Of a stretch of DNA of 64,000 nucleotides, positions 58,470 to 64,000 are shown one piece after another. The stretch spans positions 8,866,001 to 8,930,000 of the forward strand of contig CM022666.1 in the NCBI GenBank assembly GCA_012295275.1, written 5' to 3'. The notes under the pieces were generated by a model, which saw only the letters and a list, made by a program, of their open reading frames with translations, had not been told where the DNA came from and did not search any database. The DNA comes from Chrysomallon squamiferum (lineage: Eukaryota; Animalia; Mollusca). The translations under genes and the position numbers were made by a program. Every line of letters starts with the position of its first letter. Within the stretch, counting starts at the first letter, position 1.

Positions 58470-61292
58470 ACTTTGAGACCTCTACCCTTCAGATTTTTGT
58501 TTGTTTGGTCGCTATTTCGGTCACTGTTGCTACTATTCATTTGTTGCTATCCTTTCTCTGCCTCAAATAGTTTTGTAACAAAGATGTGGATCGTATTTCA
58601 ACTGCGGTTACCTAAGAAACTCACGGTTAATTATTACATTATGCTATTATTTGTATGCTATTTCCTGTTGTTGCTCGAGTAATGTTATTGCTGATGTTGT
58701 TATTCCTCTTATTGCTAACGTTACGGAGTATTTTATTATTTAACGATCTTTATTTTATTTTCATCTTTCAGAATTCTTAAGCCAGACGATAAACAGGTCT
58801 GAGAAAATTGCAAGTCGTCTACGATTAACAGAAATGGAAGGACGTGTCAGTACGTCTGATCTTTAGGTTTTTTTTTTCCACGACAGTCTAAACAGGTCTG
58901 AAAAAATGCAAGTCGTCTTTTGGCGACGATATTTCCTTTGGGGATATTTCTTCACAAATCTCGACGTCTTCGTATGCAGATGATATAGACACATCCAAAC
59001 AAACAAATTCCTTCGTAGCGGTAACTGGAAATTACAACGAAATAACCTCCGTCGTAAAAACAGGATCATCCAAAATAAGGAACTCGTGCCTAACGACAGG
59101 ATCCCACGAAATAAATTCTTTTGTAAAGTCTGGATTCAGTGAAAAAGGCTTCTTCCTAAAGACAGGTTCCTGTGAGAATGGCTCCGTCGTAAAGGCAGGA
59201 TCCTTAAAGAAAATCTCCTTTACCGAGTCAAAAACACACAATATTTCTTACACACTCAAATTCCCGAAAGACCGAGCCGCAACTGTTGCTACACAAAGGA
59301 GCCGTCCTTACAGTTTTGTTCCGAGGTACTTTGCACGAAATCAAGAAGAGATAGACGCCGCGGCTCTGAGAATTGTGTTGTACTTAGAAACACTCGCAGA
59401 CATGAGGTTGACGATATCAATGATCGAGCAGAGGCTGGGACTCTCACCAGTGCAAAAATCCGACAGTTTGTGATTTGTTTTACTTTAAGACAGGAACAAG
59501 ATACGTTATTACGAATTTAAATATCTTAATAAAACTGAACTGAAACAGCCTGCTGTGGTGTTAAAATTAATGTAATATGGAGGACAGACGTCTGTCTTGA
59601 TAATTTTGTTAATATTGCTATTGGTTTGCGCTATTATCCATATTTCTGTTTTCACATCATCATCATCATCGTTACTATCATCATCACATGAACGTCATCA
59701 ATGCTATAATTTTATTATTATTGTTATTATCATTTTATTGTTGTTATTGTTATTATCCTTGTTATTATTATACTTATTATTATTATTATTTTCGTTATTG
59801 TTATATATTTTATTTTTATTTTCAGTTTCTTCTTGTTTTTTATTATGTATTTTTTACTCTTTTTCTCTTTTATTGTCTTTCTTTTTCTACATTCAGTCCT
59901 ATGTTCCACCATTTTATATGTTATTGTTTTTTAATTATTAAAAGAACATATGAAATTGAAAACATTTTCGTGTTGTTTTTTTCTTCATCGTTATCATCAT
60001 CATCATTTCGTTATCATCATCGTCATCCTCGTTATTGTTATCATCACTATCATCAGAACTGTTATTATTTTTGTCATCATCTCAATTTTATTATTGCTGT
60101 AGTTACTTTATTTGTTGTTGTTTTTTTCCTTTTTCTTTTCGATTTCCTTTTAATTATTTTATTTATTTTTTATTATCTATATTTTATTATTTTTATTTTA
60201 TTATATTTAATTTTATTTTATTTTATTTAATGTTTTTTATTTTTTATCTATCTATCTCTCTACTCTATCTATTTGTTTGTTTGTTTGTGTACTAACTTAT
60301 TTTCTTATTCATTTTATATCCTAACATTTAATTATATTTTTATAATTATTTTTATCGTTATAACTGTAACTTTAGGTAACATCTTGTTACTGCCCTAACC
60401 TTCCTAAAGAAATCAAAAGAAGCGAAACAAAACGAAAATAAGCTGAGACGAGACTCCACGATTGTCTCCCCTTATGAAAGGCTTTTATTCTTTCCTAATG
60501 CTAATGATTTCATGAGATAAAACAAACTGAGTCCGAAAAGCTAGTCTTCCTACAGAATCAGCTGTGATTACTACAGTGAAATGATGAGGGCGATGCATGA
60601 ACTTCAGAAATACGTCAAAGTTGATGAGTTCGCAAGCATGCACGTACATGCATACATAAATACGCATACACATATATGTATATATACACACAAATAGCCA
60701 CAAACAAACAAACATATACACACATACATAACAAACATGTTTGTAACATATATTTGTTTATATGTTTGTGTGTCTGTGTTTGTAGGTGTCAGTGTCTCTG
60801 TGTGTGTGTGTGTGTGTGTGTGTGTTTATGGGTGTGGATATATCGGGTGGGCTAAAAAAACATCTTTTGAACTTTAACACTTCATAACTCAAAAACAGAA
60901 TTATAATATCAATAAAGCTTTCTAAAAATGTACTTGATGAAAGACACAGATATTATCAAGCAGTAATTCATTCGTTGTTGATCCGGGCTTTGTGGCGGCC
61001 ATTTATTCATCTTTATTCATCAGTGCTCGTGCTGCATGTTGTTAAAAAATATCTTAACAAAACTGAAGTTAAACAGCCTACTGTGGTGTTAAAATTAATG
61101 TAATATAAATGTATGAAGTAAAGACTTGTGAGTTGATAATTTAACAATACTGCTACTGTTTTGATGAAGCTTGATGATCACATTATCATCACCATCATCA
61201 TTATTCTTATTATCATATTCATTATATCGTTATCATTATCATTATTATTATCATCGTGATCATTAACATCATCATTACTATTTTTATTATTA

Positions 61293-61333
<41 letters not shown>

Positions 61334-62110
61334 CATTATCATCATTATTATTATTATTAATTATTTTCGTACTAATTTTTTTTTTTTTTTTTTACTCTTT
61401 GATTTTCTCTTTCATTGTTTTCGTTCCACCTGTTTTACATCTAGTTTTCTGGGTGGGTTTTTTTTTTTTTTTTTTTTTGAATTATTAAAAGAAAATATGA
61501 AATTGAAAAAGTTGTAAATGTTTCTTTTCAATGATTAAATATTATATAAATGCAGCTTAGTTTTCAATTTGTATTTTCTTCATCATCATCATCATAGACG
61601 TCGTCATTATTTTTATCACCATCATTATTGTTATCATTATCATCACTATCATCATCTCAATATTATTATTGCTATTGTTACGTTCTTTTCTTTTCTTTAA
61701 TTTTTTTTCTTTTGTTGGGGAGGGTGGCTGTTTTAATTCTGTTTTTATTTTTTTATTTTTTTTATGCTTTTTTATTTTCTGTTTTGTTTTAATTATTTTT
61801 TGTCCTTTTTTTGTTATTTTATTTTAATTTTAATTTTATTATATTTCATTTCATTTTATTGTGTTTTATTTTGTTTTATTTTATTTTATTTATTTATTTA
61901 TTTTATATATCCATGTATTTATTTATTTATTTGTTTGTTTGTTTGTTTGTTTGTTTGTTTACTAATTTACTTATTCACATTATTTCATGTTATTTAATTA
62001 TATTTTTATAATTATTTTTCATTGTTATAACGGTGATTTCAGGCGACATCTTGCTACTGCCATCAATTTCCTATAGTCAGCAAAAGAAGCCAAACAAAAA
62101 GAAAATAAAC
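58200..62110. repeat. Third, partial and more diverged duplication unit
   Basis: 58230-58290~43110-43170; 58470-58630~43440-43600; 58772-59545~47110-47880; 60290-60640~48420-48770; 60830-61030~49495-50010 (internally deleted); 61490-62110~48040-48570. Confidence 0.8.
58772..59473 (+). pseudogene. Full-length but disrupted copy of the orphan Ser/Thr-rich exon
   Basis: ATG GAA GGA CGT GTC AGT ACG TCT GAT CTT TAG gives a premature stop; rearranged 58858-58918; the remainder is nearly identical to the intact copies. Confidence 0.8.
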
Positions 62111-62423
62111 TTAGAAATTTATTGCTTACAAGTCATCGACTGTACATTCATAAGTTACGTATAATTACATCTGTTACTGGTGTTATGGCTGAAGTCGTTT
62201 TTCTGTGTACAAAAGATTGCTATTAAATGTACAAATTGAGAAAACCTATGAAATCAGTTCATTCTCTTTCTTTCGCTCTGTTTCGTCTATTTATTCCGCC
62301 GCAACATCTGGGATGAAATTGCCTGATACTAAAATTCAAGTTTCAAGTCATCGTTGAGGTAGTAACTGATAAAGCTGAAGTAAATGTTGGTACAGAAAAA
62401 TTATACATAATAATAATAATAAT

Positions 62424-62477
<54 letters not shown>

Positions 62478-62982
62478 AAACAATAATAATAACAACAATA
62501 AAAAACGGTTTTAAATTTAAATAACAATAATAAAGCAATGATAGACAAAACATTAAATCTGAGTAATATCAATTAACGTAAAACAAAATTCATAAAGCTA
62601 TTTGACAAAAATTGTTTAATAGTTAACTTTTATAAACACAAACACACACACATACACACAGCAATAACAACAGCATAAACTAACAATGATAGTAATAACA
62701 ATTAATTAATCAGTTCACAAACGCTTGTGATTACAATTTAAATCTGCTTGTACAAAATTAAATGCCAAATTAAAAGCAAATAATTTGTTGCTATTTTTTA
62801 TGCTTTTCTTTGTTGTTTCGTTTGTTTTCTTTTGTTTTGCTGAGGCTTGTTGTTTTTGTTGTTAATTCTATTCGCATATTTTTCCTTTATTTATTTATTT
62901 ACACACACACATACAAACATACATACACACACACATCGTAATATGGTTTTTTTAATTATTTTTTTCGAAATAAAAAACCGAG

Positions 62983-63020
<38 letters not shown>

Positions 63021-63559
63021 TTCACATACACATGCATATAATCAGATAATGAATATGATGATAACAACAACAACAACAACAACAACAAAAACAATAATCA
63101 TAAAATAATAAAGATTTGAAACGTTGATAAATTAATACTAATCAAGGGAAAGAACTCGTGCTTCCTAATTATTCGGACATTTTGCTCAGCGGACGGTTAT
63201 ATACATTACTTGCTGAAAATGTCATCCTACTGACCAATTGAATTTACTCTTTAAAATAGGTAAATTAACAACACAACGTGTGTAGGGTGACATCATTTAC
63301 TTGTTCATTAGCTACTCACTGGAAGTCAGGAGGCTATGTTGTTTCTACGACAAAGTATGATAAAGAAATTGTGCATGTTTTTTCTGGGATCATCTCCAAT
63401 CATCAACCGACTGTAGAACAAAAACAAATTATTGAACTCCGAAAACAATCTTCAAAGATAAATGGATCAGCAGTTTATCAATTCAACATGACACTTCGTT
63501 TGGGGACGTTTAGGATAAGGTGGGACTAATTCAGTACTAACAAAAACACATTCTTTTAT

Positions 63560-63662
63560 TTCGGTGAGAATACTTTAATTTAAAAAAAAAAACACTTGTC
63601 TAACAATAGACGAGATTGTCCCTGTGCCGAGTTGTCCACGGGGTCGAGTTGTCTGGCATACC
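63560..63662. mobile_element. Possible DNA-transposon/MITE terminus with short subterminal repeats
   Basis: CGAG(A)TTGTC occurs three times (gacgagattgtcc, gccgagttgtcc, gtcgagttgtct) ending in GGCATACC; no partner end was seen. Confidence 0.3.
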
Positions 63663-64000
63663 TGAAAAAGTACAATTAAAAACATTTTACCATTTTAAAT
63701 TCTATGCCGATTTTAAGAATGACGAATTGAGTAAAGGATTATAGTACTGTTTACTTGCTTTAACTGTTATATTTAACTTTCTAATATTACATGGCAACAT
63801 GTGCCACAGGAATAGGAACGAGGTGACCGCATTCGACACGCTGGGCAGAGTCAAAGCCCTTTGTTAGTTTGTAACTGTTTGAGTTTACGTACAGAGTATG
63901 TCGGATAAATAATTTAATGGTTTCGTAATGAAATCTTCCCTCTGGCTCTGCAATCAATCAGTGATGAGTGGAGAGATTCTGGTCAGTTATCGACGTGTCA

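Overview
AT-rich, microsatellite-dense metazoan genomic DNA. It looks lophotrochozoan or mollusc-like; a cephalopod is plausible but cannot be proven from this window. Most short ORFs in the track are simple-repeat artefacts. Supported content: (1) an intact tRNA-Gln(CTG) gene, an anticodon-deleted pseudogene and a 5' fragment; (2) three tandem rhodopsin-like GPCR genes (minus strand) with uninterrupted coding regions, non-canonical motifs and a patchwork gene-conversion pattern; (3) two convergent 9-coding-exon astacin (M12A) metalloprotease genes reconstructed exon by exon. In the first, two consecutive introns are filled with tandem amplifications of their own 5' splice-site region; (4) from about 39.7 to 62 kb, a nested tandem duplication whose junctions coincide with a decayed Tc1/mariner element. 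It carries two identical copies of an 82-aa secreted 8-Cys peptide with a nemertean neurotoxin B-IV-like cysteine spacing, and six copies (two intact) of an orphan Ser/Thr-rich exon; (5) LINE and DNA-transposon remnants and minisatellites. The best candidates for novel biology are the toxin/pheromone-like peptide locus and the splice-donor arrays. All coordinates were read by eye and no database search was run.
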